The notes under the pieces were generated by a model. The model was not told the origin of the DNA. It saw only the letters and a list, made by a program, of their open reading frames with translations, and did no database searches. This document shows, one piece after another, positions 1 through 10,184 of a DNA stretch of 61,051 nucleotides (positions within the stretch are counted from its first letter, which is position 1; every line of letters starts with the position of its first letter). The stretch lies in the NCBI GenBank assembly GCA_003165655.1, contig PMOY01000096.1:1-61051 (forward strand), read 5' to 3'. The position numbers were made by a program, and so were the translations under genes. Origin of the DNA: Solirubrobacterales bacterium (GTDB taxonomy: Bacteria > Actinomycetota > Thermoleophilia > Solirubrobacterales > Solirubrobacteraceae).

Positions 1-441
1 CTGTGCAGCGGCATCTTCGACCGGCATCCCCGCCTCAGGCTCTTGCTCAGCGGGTTCGGGATCGCTTGGCTGCCTTCGCTCATCTGGCGCATCGAGTCGG
101 AGCTGCGCAGCGGCCGTGTGGCGAAACCGCAAGGTCTCTCGCGATTTCCCGGCGAGCAGATCCGCGAGCACGTCCGATTCACGACAAGCTCACTCGAGGT
201 TCCGGCGAGACCGCACGAGCTGGTAGATCTGCTCGCGCCGATCGACGGCTGTGAACTGCTCCTGTACGCCTCCGGCTACGCTCGTGGCGATGATCAGGGC
301 GGCCAAACGTTGGCTGGTCAACTCGCGGATGACCAGCGCGCCGCCGTGCTGCGCACCAATGCGGAGACCTTCTTCCGCCTATCACTCGAACAGACCAGGG
401 ACTTTACTGCCGGGGCGCACTCCCCCGCACGCCAGACGTGA
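1..441 (+). CDS. Amidohydrolase_2-family protein, C-terminal part (5' truncated by window edge); metal ligands look degenerate
   Basis: Frame 1 is open from base 1: GIFDRHPRLRLLLSGFGIAWLP...HVRFTT...LLYASGY...NAETFF, resembling GVFERFP..EGG.AWLP / FATDYPH motifs. Confidence 0.7.
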   Translation: MCSGIFDRHPRLRLLLSGFGIAWLPSLIWRIESELRSGRVAKPQGLSRFPGEQIREHVRFTTSSLEVPARPHELVDLLAPIDGCELLLYASGYARGDDQGGQTLAGQLADDQRAAVLRTNAETFFRLSLEQTRDFTAGAHSPARQT

Positions 442-901
442 TGTCGGCATACGGCGAGGGTGAGCGATCGCGCACGGAGCGGCGTCGAACGAAGCGCCAT
501 CCGTCGGGCGTGCGCTCGAGCTCGTCGTAGTAGCGCCCGGTGAAGGAGAATTCGTTCCGAGACCGGTCCGCCGATCGCCGGTACGACACGAACGTACAGA
601 TTTGCGTCGCACGATCACCGTCGACCTCGATCCGGGCGTCGGTCGTGGAATGGACGATCTGCCCGTCGTACAGCCGACACGCGGCGATGAAGGCCTCGCG
701 CCCTCCATGGGAGCTGCCGTCCTCGTGCACCATCATCCCGTTTTCAGTGAACGTCGCGGCGTAGCCCTCGGCGTCGCCGTCGTCGAAGCAGTTGTTGTAG
801 CGCGCCGTCAACTCGCGAATCTCCAGCTTGTCCTGCAGCATCTGGAGCTCCGCCTGCATCTGGGCCAACGCCGCCGACAATTCGAGAGTGGTATCAGGCA
901 C
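404..901 (-). CDS. SnoaL/NTF2-like family protein
   Basis: DKLEIRELTARY..FDDGD, FTENG, GRYYDELERTPDGWRFVRR pattern. Confidence 0.85.
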   Translation of the reverse strand: MPDTTLELSAALAQMQAELQMLQDKLEIRELTARYNNCFDDGDAEGYAATFTENGMMVHEDGSSHGGREAFIAACRLYDGQIVHSTTDARIEVDGDRATQICTFVSYRRSADRSRNEFSFTGRYYDELERTPDGWRFVRRRSVRDRSPSPYADITSGVRGSAPRQ

Positions 902-1160
902 AGTGATCCTATTTGGTTGCTACATGTCCAGGGCAACGAGACCAGCCGACGCATATCCACGACCCGCGAAACTCGATCATCTCGGTCGCAACCGTCAGTC
1001 CTACCACGATAATGAATCCCGAGCTCCGACGCAATTGCGATAAGGAGAAACTGTTGATTCATGCAGCCGCGATATCTGCGCGCCCGCAAGTTTTGAGATA
1101 TGCTCTCACCGATCTGCGTTACTTGCGGTCGGGATTTAGATGCTGAGGGGTGATCAGGGC

Positions 1161-2345
1161 ATGGCGAGCGTCACGGAGAGTCGAGCGAAGCTGACGGACC
1201 CGCGGGTGGAGGAAGCTCTCGAGCGAGTGGTCGCCGAGGGCGAGGTGGGAATTCAGGTCGCGGCGTTCCTAAATGGGGAGCGGATGGTCGACACCTGGGC
1301 CGGCGTCACCGCGACCGGCGGAGAGACGGAGGTCGACGGGGAGACGCTGTTCACGATCTTTTCGGTGTCCAAGGCGGTCGCGGCCTGCGCGCTGCATCTT
1401 CAGGTGGAGCGCGGTCTGCTCGACTACGACGCGCCGGTGGGTCGCTACTGGCCGGAGTACGCCCAGAACGGCAAGGAGGACATTACGGTCCGCGAGGTGC
1501 TCCTGCACCGCGCGGGCATGCCCCACATGCCTGAGGACGTCACACCTGAAAGGCTGTGTGACTGGGACTGGATGGTCGCCCGCCTGGCGGAGATGACGCC
1601 GCTCGTCACGCCGGGAACCCGAAATACGTATCACTCGTATACATTCGGCTGGCTGGTTGGAGAGATCGTTCGCCGCAGCGACCCCGCGTATCGCCCGTTT
1701 GGAGAGTTCGTGCAGGAGGAACTGTGTGCACCGCTGGGCATCGATTCGCTGTATCTGGGGATTCCGCCTGAAGAAGAGCACCGGGTGGCGACATTGGTGT
1801 ACCCCAACAGGCCGACCCCGCCGCCCGCGAACGATCGGCGCTGGCTGGCGGCGCCGCTGGCCGTGAACTTTGTTCCGGAGATCTACAACCGCTCGGACAT
1901 CCGGCGTGCCTGCTTACCCGCCTCGGGCGGCATCGCCAACGCGCGCTCGGTGGCGACGCTATTCGGGATGATCGCCGGACAGGGCGAGCTGAACGGCACT
2001 CGCCTGCTCTCCCGCAAGCGGGTCCTATCCTTCCTGGACCCGCGGCCTGATCACGAGTCGATCGACTTCATCTTCAGCGGCGTGATGCTTGTCGGGATGG
2101 GCGGGATGCACGTCGACCCGCGGGGCGTCGTGCGAAACCGCGCGGGCGAGCGGATCGTCTGTCAGGTCGGCGCCGGAAGCTCGCTGGGGTGGGCAAATCT
2201 CGACAGCGGCTTGTCGTTCGCGTTCTGTCACAACCGGATGATCGTGAACCCGGTCATGGCCGCGACGCAGAACTCAAAGGTGCTCGAGCCTCCGTTCGCC
2301 GAGCTCGGCGACGCCCTCCGAGACCTGGCCGCCGAGCGCAGCTGA
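1161..2345 (+). CDS. Serine hydrolase, beta-lactamase/class C esterase family
   Basis: FSVSK (SxxK), LLHRAG, YHS, PASGG motifs. Confidence 0.9.
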   Translation: MASVTESRAKLTDPRVEEALERVVAEGEVGIQVAAFLNGERMVDTWAGVTATGGETEVDGETLFTIFSVSKAVAACALHLQVERGLLDYDAPVGRYWPEYAQNGKEDITVREVLLHRAGMPHMPEDVTPERLCDWDWMVARLAEMTPLVTPGTRNTYHSYTFGWLVGEIVRRSDPAYRPFGEFVQEELCAPLGIDSLYLGIPPEEEHRVATLVYPNRPTPPPANDRRWLAAPLAVNFVPEIYNRSDIRRACLPASGGIANARSVATLFGMIAGQGELNGTRLLSRKRVLSFLDPRPDHESIDFIFSGVMLVGMGGMHVDPRGVVRNRAGERIVCQVGAGSSLGWANLDSGLSFAFCHNRMIVNPVMAATQNSKVLEPPFAELGDALRDLAAERS

Positions 2346-2488
2346 GGCGAGCGCCGCCCTAAAGCCACTAAATCGTTCGAGGACCGATTCCCCGTGGTCG
2401 TCGCCCTTTGCCACCCGCGGCCGCATCGTACGGCGACTGCGTGCGTAGGCCCTGCCGATCGCTCATGCGCAACGATAATCTACACGCA

Positions 2489-3697
2489 ATGCCAGAGCTT
2501 GAGATCACCTACCCGTCCGTCGAGGGGGCCGAGTGTCCCTATCCGCTGTATGAGAGACTCCGCGCCGAAGCACCGGTCACGCAGGTACCAGGCACTAATC
2601 AATATCTCGTGACCCGGTGGCACGATGTTCAGTACGTGTGCCGCCACCCTGAGCTATTTTCGAGCGACAGTCGGCGGAGTCGGACACCGTTCGATTCGTT
2701 CGGTGACAAGAATCCGACGATCCGGGGAATGGTCGAGCTGGATCCCCCCGAGCACAAACCGAGACGTGACGCGTGTCGACTGTCCCTTACCCCGCGTCGC
2801 CTCCTTGACTACGAACCGATGGTTCGCGAGATCGTCACTCACCTCATCGACCAGTTCGTCGCTAACGGACGGTTCGAGATGGTAGAACAGTTCTCGCGAC
2901 CGTTGCCCATGGACGTGACGATGCGCCTGTTCGGCTTCACCGAGGAGGATCGTGAATGGGTAGGAGCGTGGTCACTTGTCGAGACCTCAGGGTCGGCGTT
3001 CATCTCGGAAGAGGCCCAAGAGCGACAGATCGGCTACGCGCGACGGGCTGGTAAGCGCCTGCTTGAGGAACTCGTCGATCGGTACGAGCATCCGGGCGAT
3101 GACATCCTCAGCGAATTCGTGGCGCGCAATGTCGAACGGACCGGTCATTTCGACAAGATCCAGGTCCGCGCGGACGCGTCGAACATGTTCCGTGGCGGGA
3201 TCATCACGGTCGCTCACGCGATTCCGATGGCGACTCGGCTGCTGCTCGAGAATCCCGATCAGCTCGAGGCCGTCTGCGCTGACTCCGCGCTGATTCCACG
3301 TATGTTCGAGGAGGCGCTGCGGGTCGAGTCACCGTCGCAGTGGAACCCGAGGATCGCCGTCGCAGATACAGAACTCGGCGGCGTCAAAATCCCGGAAGGC
3401 GCGTACGTAATGATCTTCTGGGCATCTGGTAATCGGGACGAAGAGGTGTTCGAGGACGCGACCGCATTCGATGTGCGGCGTCAGAACGTCGCGAAGCACC
3501 TGAGCTTCGGCGACGGATCGCACTTCTGCGTCGGCGCCCCGCTGGCGCGACTGGAAGCACGAGTCGCATTTGAAGAGCTGCTCGCACGGCTGCCTGGGCT
3601 CCGTCTAGCGCAAGATGCGGACGCGGCCCACGTGGCCAGTCCCGCGTTCCGCGGCCTGCGACGGCTGGACCTTGCGTTCGACATGAACGCTCACTGA
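2489..3697 (+). CDS. Cytochrome P450
   Basis: DPPEH, EEALR (ExxR), FGDGSHFCVG heme motif; probably leaderless (TAATCT 7 nt before ATG). Confidence 0.95.
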   Translation: MPELEITYPSVEGAECPYPLYERLRAEAPVTQVPGTNQYLVTRWHDVQYVCRHPELFSSDSRRSRTPFDSFGDKNPTIRGMVELDPPEHKPRRDACRLSLTPRRLLDYEPMVREIVTHLIDQFVANGRFEMVEQFSRPLPMDVTMRLFGFTEEDREWVGAWSLVETSGSAFISEEAQERQIGYARRAGKRLLEELVDRYEHPGDDILSEFVARNVERTGHFDKIQVRADASNMFRGGIITVAHAIPMATRLLLENPDQLEAVCADSALIPRMFEEALRVESPSQWNPRIAVADTELGGVKIPEGAYVMIFWASGNRDEEVFEDATAFDVRRQNVAKHLSFGDGSHFCVGAPLARLEARVAFEELLARLPGLRLAQDADAAHVASPAFRGLRRLDLAFDMNAH

Positions 3698-3772
3698 CCA
3701 TCGGCGCACAGGTGCCGGGAGCAGCATCGCCGCTTCATCTTGTCGCTCCATGATCTGGCGCGGATTACTGCA

Positions 3773-4723
3773 CTAAGTGTCCTCGCTGAGCAGCACCTCG
3801 ACCCGCTTGCCGACGTCGCTGAGTTCGTCCTGAGCCCACATCGGGATGCTGAACGTGCTCGTGTCGCGGATCTCATCGATGTGGTCACGGACCGACTCAG
3901 CGTCGACCGCCGAAAGGTCGGGCTGAACCCATCCGTCGGCAATCCCAACGAATACGCGTGCGTAGCGCCCGCCGGCAACGGAGAATGCCTCGCCCGTGAT
4001 CGGGCACTCCCGGCTGGCCAGATAGCAGGCGAGGTGCGCGATCAGCGCGGGATCGCGGCGACCGGCCAGCACGCCACCGAGGTAGATATCGCCGAAATAC
4101 TTCTGGACGTAGGGGACGGTGTTCCTGGCTCCGATGGTGGTGGCGGCCAGGGGCAGAATCGCCGTCACCTGAATGCCGTAGTCCAAACCCTCGGAGGCGA
4201 GGGATTTCATCAATCCGTACACCCCCGCCTTTGCCGCCGCGTAGTTGGAGAGCCCGCCGTGGGACAACATGCCCGACGTCGAGCTGGTCATGATCACCCG
4301 TCCATAGCCGTTGCGCATCATCACTCGCCATGCCGGTTGGGTAACGGACATTGAGCCGACCAGGTGAGTGTCGAGCTGGTTGTGGATGTTCTCCCACGAG
4401 ATCTCGTGAAAGAACCCCGCCTGGATGTTGCCCGCGTTGTTGACGAGGACATGGACGTCTCCGAACCTCTCCAAGGCCGCGTCGACGACGTGCTGCCCTC
4501 CCTCGACTGTGGCGACCGAGTCATACGAGGTGGCAGCCTTGCCCCCCGCGCTACGAATCTCGCCCGCGACCGCGTCAGCTTCATCGGCTAGGACGTCGTT
4601 GACCAGTACCGAGGCGCCACGCGCTGCGAACTCCAGCGCATGCGCTCGACCGATCCCGCGGGCGGCACCAGTAACGATGACTACCTGCTCATCGAAGGAA
4701 ATGTGAACGTCGCTCTCAGACAA
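3773..4723 (-). CDS. SDR oxidoreductase (MFE-2 / 3-hydroxyacyl-CoA dehydrogenase-like)
   Basis: TGAARGIG, NNAG, YAAAK; AAGGAGAGG RBS before TTG. Confidence 0.92.
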   Translation of the reverse strand: MSESDVHISFDEQVVIVTGAARGIGRAHALEFAARGASVLVNDVLADEADAVAGEIRSAGGKAATSYDSVATVEGGQHVVDAALERFGDVHVLVNNAGNIQAGFFHEISWENIHNQLDTHLVGSMSVTQPAWRVMMRNGYGRVIMTSSTSGMLSHGGLSNYAAAKAGVYGLMKSLASEGLDYGIQVTAILPLAATTIGARNTVPYVQKYFGDIYLGGVLAGRRDPALIAHLACYLASRECPITGEAFSVAGGRYARVFVGIADGWVQPDLSAVDAESVRDHIDEIRDTSTFSIPMWAQDELSDVGKRVEVLLSEDT

Positions 4724-4771
4724 TGCCTCTCCTTACATCCGCGTCCAGTGTGGCTGGATCCGTGCGCACGT

Positions 4772-4879
4772 TCACAGTGCGGGGATCCCCACACAGCTTA
4801 CTAGCGCGAACGCAAGCAGGCGATGATGGTTCCCCGAGCCGTCGACGATTGCCGCGAGCCCATCAAATGAGATGCCCAT
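4772..4879 (-). pseudogene. N-terminal scar of an SDR gene
   Basis: GAGGA RBS + MGISFDGLAAIVDGSGN (cf. ISFDEQVVIVTGAARG of the next gene); unrelated sequence follows. Confidence 0.55.
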
Positions 4880-4922
4880 CGCGTCTTCCTCATGTTACGC
4901 GCCGCCCGAGAGCGAAGCTGCT

Positions 4923-5735
4923 CTACGAAGCGTCGGTCGACGCGAGCGCTGCGTCATCGATCGCTGCCATCTCAAGGCCAAACCCGAGAACCAGCGCATC
5001 ATCGAACGCCTTGCGCAGCGACCTCGTGCAAGCGAGCCGTGTGTTACGCAGCACCTGGGATCGCTTGCCGGCAAGATGGCGAGCAATTCCCCACGCTCGA
5101 TCCATGAGCTGGTCAGGGGCCAGTACCTCGCCGACAACGCCTAGGCGGTGAGCCTCACGTGCATCCAGAATCTCGTGCACGAACTGCAGGTACCGGCCGC
5201 GATTGGGACCGAGCAACGTAGTCCACAGAATCTGAATCCCATCTCCCGGTACCGCGTTGGAAGGTAGATGTGCGTCATCTCCGAAGCGAGCGGTCTCCGA
5301 CGCTAGGACGACGTCGCTCAGCAGCGGGATCTCGCAATGGATCACACACCGGCCGTGCACGGCGGCAATGATCGGCGCCTCGATATCAAGCAGGGCCAGA
5401 ACGAACTGGCGGCCCTCCCAGCTGATTGCCCCGTTGAACTCCGCACCGCGCTGCCGCGCGCCACCGATGGTCGCACCGGTGGCAGTCCGGGCGAGACCCC
5501 AGCTCGCAAGGTCGATCTCCGCGCAGAAATCCTCCCCGGTCCCGCTCATCACGATGACTTTGTTCGCGCGATCGCGGCCGATCTCGCGAAACGCGTGCTC
5601 AAGCTCGGTGTGAGCCGCTGCGCCAAACCGGAACGCTCCACCATCGGTGTGGAACCGGACATGGAGGATTCCTTCGTCGCTACGGACCATGGCGAGATTG
5701 GTGTAACGGTCGGCATACTCGTCGAAACCCGCCAT
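4923..5735 (-). CDS. Crotonase-family enzyme, 6-oxocamphor hydrolase (beta-diketone hydrolase)-like
   Basis: GTGEDFCA, IHCEIPLLSD, AHLPSNAVPGDG, LLGPNRGRY. Confidence 0.85.
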   Translation of the reverse strand: MAGFDEYADRYTNLAMVRSDEGILHVRFHTDGGAFRFGAAAHTELEHAFREIGRDRANKVIVMSGTGEDFCAEIDLASWGLARTATGATIGGARQRGAEFNGAISWEGRQFVLALLDIEAPIIAAVHGRCVIHCEIPLLSDVVLASETARFGDDAHLPSNAVPGDGIQILWTTLLGPNRGRYLQFVHEILDAREAHRLGVVGEVLAPDQLMDRAWGIARHLAGKRSQVLRNTRLACTRSLRKAFDDALVLGFGLEMAAIDDAALASTDAS

Positions 5736-5787
5736 TTTGACTACGCCACCAACCTTTCTCGAAGAAGAGGGATGTGATGCGTGGTGA

Positions 5788-6609
5788 TCACCGTGCGGCC
5801 CGTATCGTGAAGCCGCCGTCGACGACGATGAGCTGCCCGGTGACGTAGCTCGAATCGTCACTGGCAAAGAAGGCCGCAGCTGCCGCGATGTCCTCGGCTT
5901 GACCCATGCGACCCATGGGGATCGATTCCTCGACCTGCTTGCGATACTCCCCCGCGATGCGCTCGAGGGTGAATGGCGTCGCCATGTAGCCCGGTGCGAT
6001 CGTGTTGACCCGAACCCCGCGCCGGCCGTATCGGAGTGCCATCTCCTTCGAGAGGTGAAAGACCGTCGCCTTGGCGGACCCATAGCTCCCGAGCGGCAGC
6101 TCAAAGTCCTGCGCCGCCTCGTCCTCGGTAAGCGGCGGAAGCACGGCGGTCCGGGCGCTCACGACGACTCCTGCGAGGGAACTCCAGTTCACGATGCTCC
6201 CACCGCCGTGGCGGGTCATGAACTCAGCCCCGTAGAAGGTGCCGAAATACATGGGCGCGAATGCCGACGCCAGCGTGTAGCGCCAATCATCGGGTGGACG
6301 CGTCCATCCCCACGGCATGATATTCAATAAAGCGTCGATGCGACCATGGGTGTCGACGACGCTGGCTAGCGCCTGCTTGACCGACTGGTGGTCGGTGAGG
6401 TCAACGACCGATGTCTCGGCGTCCCCCCCCTGGGCGCGGATACGCTCCACCACCTGCTCGCCTCTAGCCGCATCCTTCTCGCGTTCGAATGACACGACGT
6501 GCGCGCCCTCCTCGAAGAAGCGCTGCGAGCAGGCACGCCCGATGCCGGTGCCCCCGGCGCCGGTGATGACCGCGACCCGATCCTCGAGGCGTCGTGCGCC
6601 CGCTGTCAC
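5788..6609 (-). CDS. SDR oxidoreductase
   Basis: TGAGGTGIG, YGSAK, VRVNTIAPG, VTGQLIVVDGG. Confidence 0.92.
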   Translation of the reverse strand: MTAGARRLEDRVAVITGAGGTGIGRACSQRFFEEGAHVVSFEREKDAARGEQVVERIRAQGGDAETSVVDLTDHQSVKQALASVVDTHGRIDALLNIMPWGWTRPPDDWRYTLASAFAPMYFGTFYGAEFMTRHGGGSIVNWSSLAGVVVSARTAVLPPLTEDEAAQDFELPLGSYGSAKATVFHLSKEMALRYGRRGVRVNTIAPGYMATPFTLERIAGEYRKQVEESIPMGRMGQAEDIAAAAAFFASDDSSYVTGQLIVVDGGFTIRAAR

Positions 6610-7856
6610 CGGCCTGGCCCAAACCGGTTCTCGACACCGGCACTCAGCCGGCGGAGCTGCTCCAGCCGCGCCGCCGGCGTGATCCGCCGGGCCTTCTCCG
6701 GTGGGGTCCGCAGGAGCTCAGAGACCTTCACCACACGAGCCGTCGGGCTCACGTTCTCCGCGCCCGGCGCGGGCTGGATCCAGCGCCCCATGACGAGCCC
6801 CTCTAGGTGACCGGCAGGATCCAACCAGTTCGGAATCCCTGGATCGACATTGGAGATGGCGATGCGCACGGTGCCGTCCTCTTCCGTGACGGCCTGCCGA
6901 CTGTTGAGCGACGAGAAGTGGTAACGATAGTCGACCGAGTTCATCCAGAAATTGTCGAGCTCGAACAGCCACATAAACACATCGGGCGGCGTGAACTCTA
7001 CGAGCAGCGCCTCATCCGGCTCAATCTCCCAGAAGCAGATGTTCAACCACCTACCGACCGCTCGCTCCGCCGTATCCGTCCCTCCCGCCCACGGCGGCCG
7101 CCCGGCGTAGAAGCTGTTCGGCCTCTCCTTATAGAAGCAGGACCAGCGATACCAACGGTCGGCATCCTTCGCGATGTAGTTGTTTGTGTCACGGAGAGCC
7201 TTCACCATGCGCTCGGCGGTCAGCTGCTGCGGGTGCTCGCCGAGCTGTCCGACCCGTTCGATTTGAGCGACCATCGGCTGTTCGTGATCCCACTCGCCGA
7301 AGAACTGTCGGATCATCAGGCGCGACGTGCCGACCGGCGGCATCATCCAGTTCCCGGAGTGCTCATCCGGACTGATCGTCACGACGAAGCTGCCATCCGG
7401 TTCGGTGACGAGGTCCTCGCCTGCCAGCACAACCAGGTTGGGCGCGGTCAGAACCGAGCCCCCAACAAGCTCCTCGTACGGCGTCAGAACGAATCTCACC
7501 CACGGCGCGGTACCGCGATTGCCGGTGATCCGATACGTCTTCGTGCCTTCGATCCGCGTGACCAGGTAAGTGCAATCCGGGTTGTCGCCGAAGCTCTTAC
7601 TCGTCGGATGCTGCATGACCCACAGTTGCGGGAAGTCGAAGTCGAGATACTCGAGAACATCGTTGAGCGCCTTGTTGATGTACCGCGACATGTAGCGCAC
7701 GCCCCACGCGCGGTCGAGCTCCCGCGTCGGGGTGTTTGGTCGGTAGACCAGGTCAAGCTGACTCTTCAGCCCGTCGCAAAACTCGCTCCACGCCTCCCTC
7801 AGCGCGATGTCGTAGGGCTGCAACTCGGGGGTGACGGAATTCTCCGAGGTATCCAT
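6606..7856 (-). CDS. DUF1214-domain protein
   Basis: GDNPDCTY, YRITGNRG, DGSFVVTISP, DPGIPNWLD motifs. Confidence 0.75.
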   Translation of the reverse strand: MDTSENSVTPELQPYDIALREAWSEFCDGLKSQLDLVYRPNTPTRELDRAWGVRYMSRYINKALNDVLEYLDFDFPQLWVMQHPTSKSFGDNPDCTYLVTRIEGTKTYRITGNRGTAPWVRFVLTPYEELVGGSVLTAPNLVVLAGEDLVTEPDGSFVVTISPDEHSGNWMMPPVGTSRLMIRQFFGEWDHEQPMVAQIERVGQLGEHPQQLTAERMVKALRDTNNYIAKDADRWYRWSCFYKERPNSFYAGRPPWAGGTDTAERAVGRWLNICFWEIEPDEALLVEFTPPDVFMWLFELDNFWMNSVDYRYHFSSLNSRQAVTEEDGTVRIAISNVDPGIPNWLDPAGHLEGLVMGRWIQPAPGAENVSPTARVVKVSELLRTPPEKARRITPAARLEQLRRLSAGVENRFGPGR

Positions 7857-7877
7857 CCCGCAAAACCTACCTCAATT

Positions 7878-7893
7878 CTTGCTGGCGCGCAAG
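7878..7893. promoter_or_regulatory. Putative operator CTTGC-N6-GCAAG
   Basis: CTTGCtggcgcGCAAG, 22 bp upstream of the DUF1214 start. Confidence 0.7.
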
Positions 7894-8011
7894 GTGTAGG
7901 CAACCCTGTGTCGATGGGCGGAGCGAGCTCCGGGTGCGCCCTCCGCGTCACCGGTGAAACCCACACGCGCGGCCTCGGTTGACTCATTCCTCTCCGTGCA
8001 CGCCCGCTGTC

Positions 8012-8044
8012 GGTCTGAGGGCAGTCTTAGACTGCCCTCAGACC
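8012..8044. repeat. Perfect 33-bp palindrome (16-bp arms, 1-nt centre); possible terminator or transposon-end footprint
   Basis: GGTCTGAGGGCAGTCT-T-AGACTGCCCTCAGACC, about 65 bp downstream of the ABC binding-protein stop. Confidence 0.85.
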
Positions 8045-8109
8045 CCTGACTCACGCGACGGCGTACCGCGGTTATGCGACGAATGCCTCGTGCTACGCCG
8101 GCGGCGTCC

Positions 8110-9327
8110 TTACTTGGCCGGCAGGTAGACGTCATCTACGAAGCTGTCGGTCGTCGGAAAGAGCTTCCAGACCGAAGTGTCGCTATTGGGCACGGGATAG
8201 TGATCGGTTGCCGAGTACTGAATCGGCATCCCAGAGGCAAAGGCCTGCGGGTTATGGATATTCAGGAACGCGTTATAAAGCGTCGCTTCAGTAACGCTTT
8301 TCGCCTGCGTAGCGGCCTCGTTGAGCGCCATCAGGAAGTCGTACTCGAGCGAGGGCACGCCGAGATCCGGCGGGAAGCCCAACTTTGTGATGGCGGCGAC
8401 GAAGGTCTTCTGCGCCGCTGTGCGCTGAGAGGGCGGCGTGACGAGCAGCGGCGGGTTGAACGTCCACGCGTTGACCAGCCCAGCGTGCGAGACGAGCTTT
8501 GCCAGCGGGTTGGCGGCACACGTCGTGTCGCACTGCGTGTAAGCCGTGATCCCGGCCTTGGCACGCGAGTTCAATGCCACCGGGGCCTGGCCCGCCGTTA
8601 TTAGAACATATCCCTGGGGATGCGTGGCAGCCGCTTTGAGCCACTCGGGGGTGACGTTTAGCGCCGCGTCCGGGTAGCCGACGGACCCTGTGACGGTGAT
8701 GCCAGCCGCCTTGAACTCCGGTTGAAAGATCTGAAGTTCCTCAGTGCCGTTCGCGTCAAGCGGATACAGGACGGCGACGCTCTTGATGCCGTGCTCAGAG
8801 AGTCCCTGCACGACGGCGTGGCCCTCGCTCGCATAGCCGGGAAGTCCGGCGAACTGATACGGATATTTCGTGGGGTTGTCGAGGCTGGGAAGTGCGGACA
8901 GATTCATCGAGATTATGTGGGCTGCGGTGAGCGGCGCCGCCATCGCAAGACCCTCGTCTCCGGTGAGCCCATCGATCACGGCGTCAGGCTTGGTCGATCC
9001 AGACAGTGCGGCCTGAAGTTCGGTCACCGCATTCGCCGGAGTGCTGTCGTCGTCCTTACTGGTCACCACGATATGGTGGCCGAGGATTCCGCCAGAGGCG
9101 TTCAGTACGTTGGCCGCCGCCTGGAGCCCCTTGAGGCCGTCCTCGCCGTAGACCTGCAACGGGCCGCTCAGGCCGGTGATATACAGGACGTTGAAGGTCG
9201 CTTTAGCTGCGGTCGACGACTTCGCGGCCGACGTCGATGAGTGAGACGAACTTCCGCAGCCAACCAGCGCGGCGACGGCTGCGATGCTGATCACCAATGT
9301 GGCGCAACGGTTTGCTCTATGGCGCAT
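8110..9327 (-). CDS. ABC transporter substrate-binding lipoprotein (Liv/HAAT family)
   Basis: Lipobox AALVGC, LSGP..YG, NASGGILG, DDDSTP; GGAGAGG RBS. Confidence 0.9.
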   Translation of the reverse strand: MRHRANRCATLVISIAAVAALVGCGSSSHSSTSAAKSSTAAKATFNVLYITGLSGPLQVYGEDGLKGLQAAANVLNASGGILGHHIVVTSKDDDSTPANAVTELQAALSGSTKPDAVIDGLTGDEGLAMAAPLTAAHIISMNLSALPSLDNPTKYPYQFAGLPGYASEGHAVVQGLSEHGIKSVAVLYPLDANGTEELQIFQPEFKAAGITVTGSVGYPDAALNVTPEWLKAAATHPQGYVLITAGQAPVALNSRAKAGITAYTQCDTTCAANPLAKLVSHAGLVNAWTFNPPLLVTPPSQRTAAQKTFVAAITKLGFPPDLGVPSLEYDFLMALNEAATQAKSVTEATLYNAFLNIHNPQAFASGMPIQYSATDHYPVPNSDTSVWKLFPTTDSFVDDVYLPAK

Positions 9328-9413
9328 GTGTCCTCTCCGGATTCTGAGATGTATCAAGTTATCCACCATCGCACTGACGCGCCCTCCGGCTCGGTTAAGG
9401 TGGCGCGGCACTG

Positions 9414-10184
9414 CTAGCTGTGGCTCATGTGCTGTGTGACAACGGCGGCCGTGTCCTCTCCCGGGGTGGCTGTGCTGTAGATCTCCCGCCCGCCCTCGAT
9501 GAGCGTGACCCGATCGGCGATTGGCACGGCGATATCGATCACCTGCTCTACCAATAGCACCCCGGTTCCGGCCGCCGCCAGCGCCTGAACAACAGCTATG
9601 ACGTCGTCCATAATCTTCGGTGCAAGCCCGGCAGACGGCTCGTCGAGGAGCAGAACCTTCGGTCGTACCACCAAAGCCTGAGCGATGGCAAGAATCTGCT
9701 GTTGCCCGCCGCTCATCTCGCCAGCCCGCTTGTTGCGATACTGGGCGAGGAGCGGGAACCGGTCCAAGGCCTCTTCGATTCCCTTCTTCCTGGCGGTTCT
9801 GCTGTGCACCGTGACACCGCCGACCATGAGGTTGTCGTAAACCGACAATCGGTGAAAGACACGCTTCCCTTCGGGTACCAGCGCAATTCCCGCGCGGACG
9901 CGTTGCTGCGCCGACATACCCGCTATGTCACGTCCCAGGAGCTGCACCGACCCCCCTTGGATCGGAAGCATTCCAGCCAGCGCCAACAGTGTGGTCGTCT
10001 TGCCGGCGCCATTGCGACCGAGAAGAACCGTGATACGTCCCGCCTCTACGGTCAGAGACAGGTCCCAAACCGCTCTGATGTCGCCGTAGCCCGCGGCAAG
10101 GTTGGAGACTTCGAGTAGCGGCTCTCCAACGGCGACCGGGGTCGAGGTGGGATCCACCACGCCTGATGATCGTGCCGCGCTCAT
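9414..10184 (-). CDS. ABC transporter ATP-binding protein (LivF-like)
   Basis: GRNGAGKTT, MSGGQQQ, LLLDEPSAGLAP. Confidence 0.93.
   Translation of the reverse strand: MSAARSSGVVDPTSTPVAVGEPLLEVSNLAAGYGDIRAVWDLSLTVEAGRITVLLGRNGAGKTTTLLALAGMLPIQGGSVQLLGRDIAGMSAQQRVRAGIALVPEGKRVFHRLSVYDNLMVGGVTVHSRTARKKGIEEALDRFPLLAQYRNKRAGEMSGGQQQILAIAQALVVRPKVLLLDEPSAGLAPKIMDDVIAVVQALAAAGTGVLLVEQVIDIAVPIADRVTLIEGGREIYSTATPGEDTAAVVTQHMSHS

Noticed and set aside
1161-2345. Beta-lactamase resistance gene
   Set aside because: No signal peptide and YHS rather than YxN; it fits an esterase-type serine hydrolase.
6807-7982. Long antisense ORFs (also 19625-20596, 27810-28886, 48005-48970, 51451-52644)
   Set aside because: Shadow frames of well-supported genes in high-GC DNA, with no family motifs.
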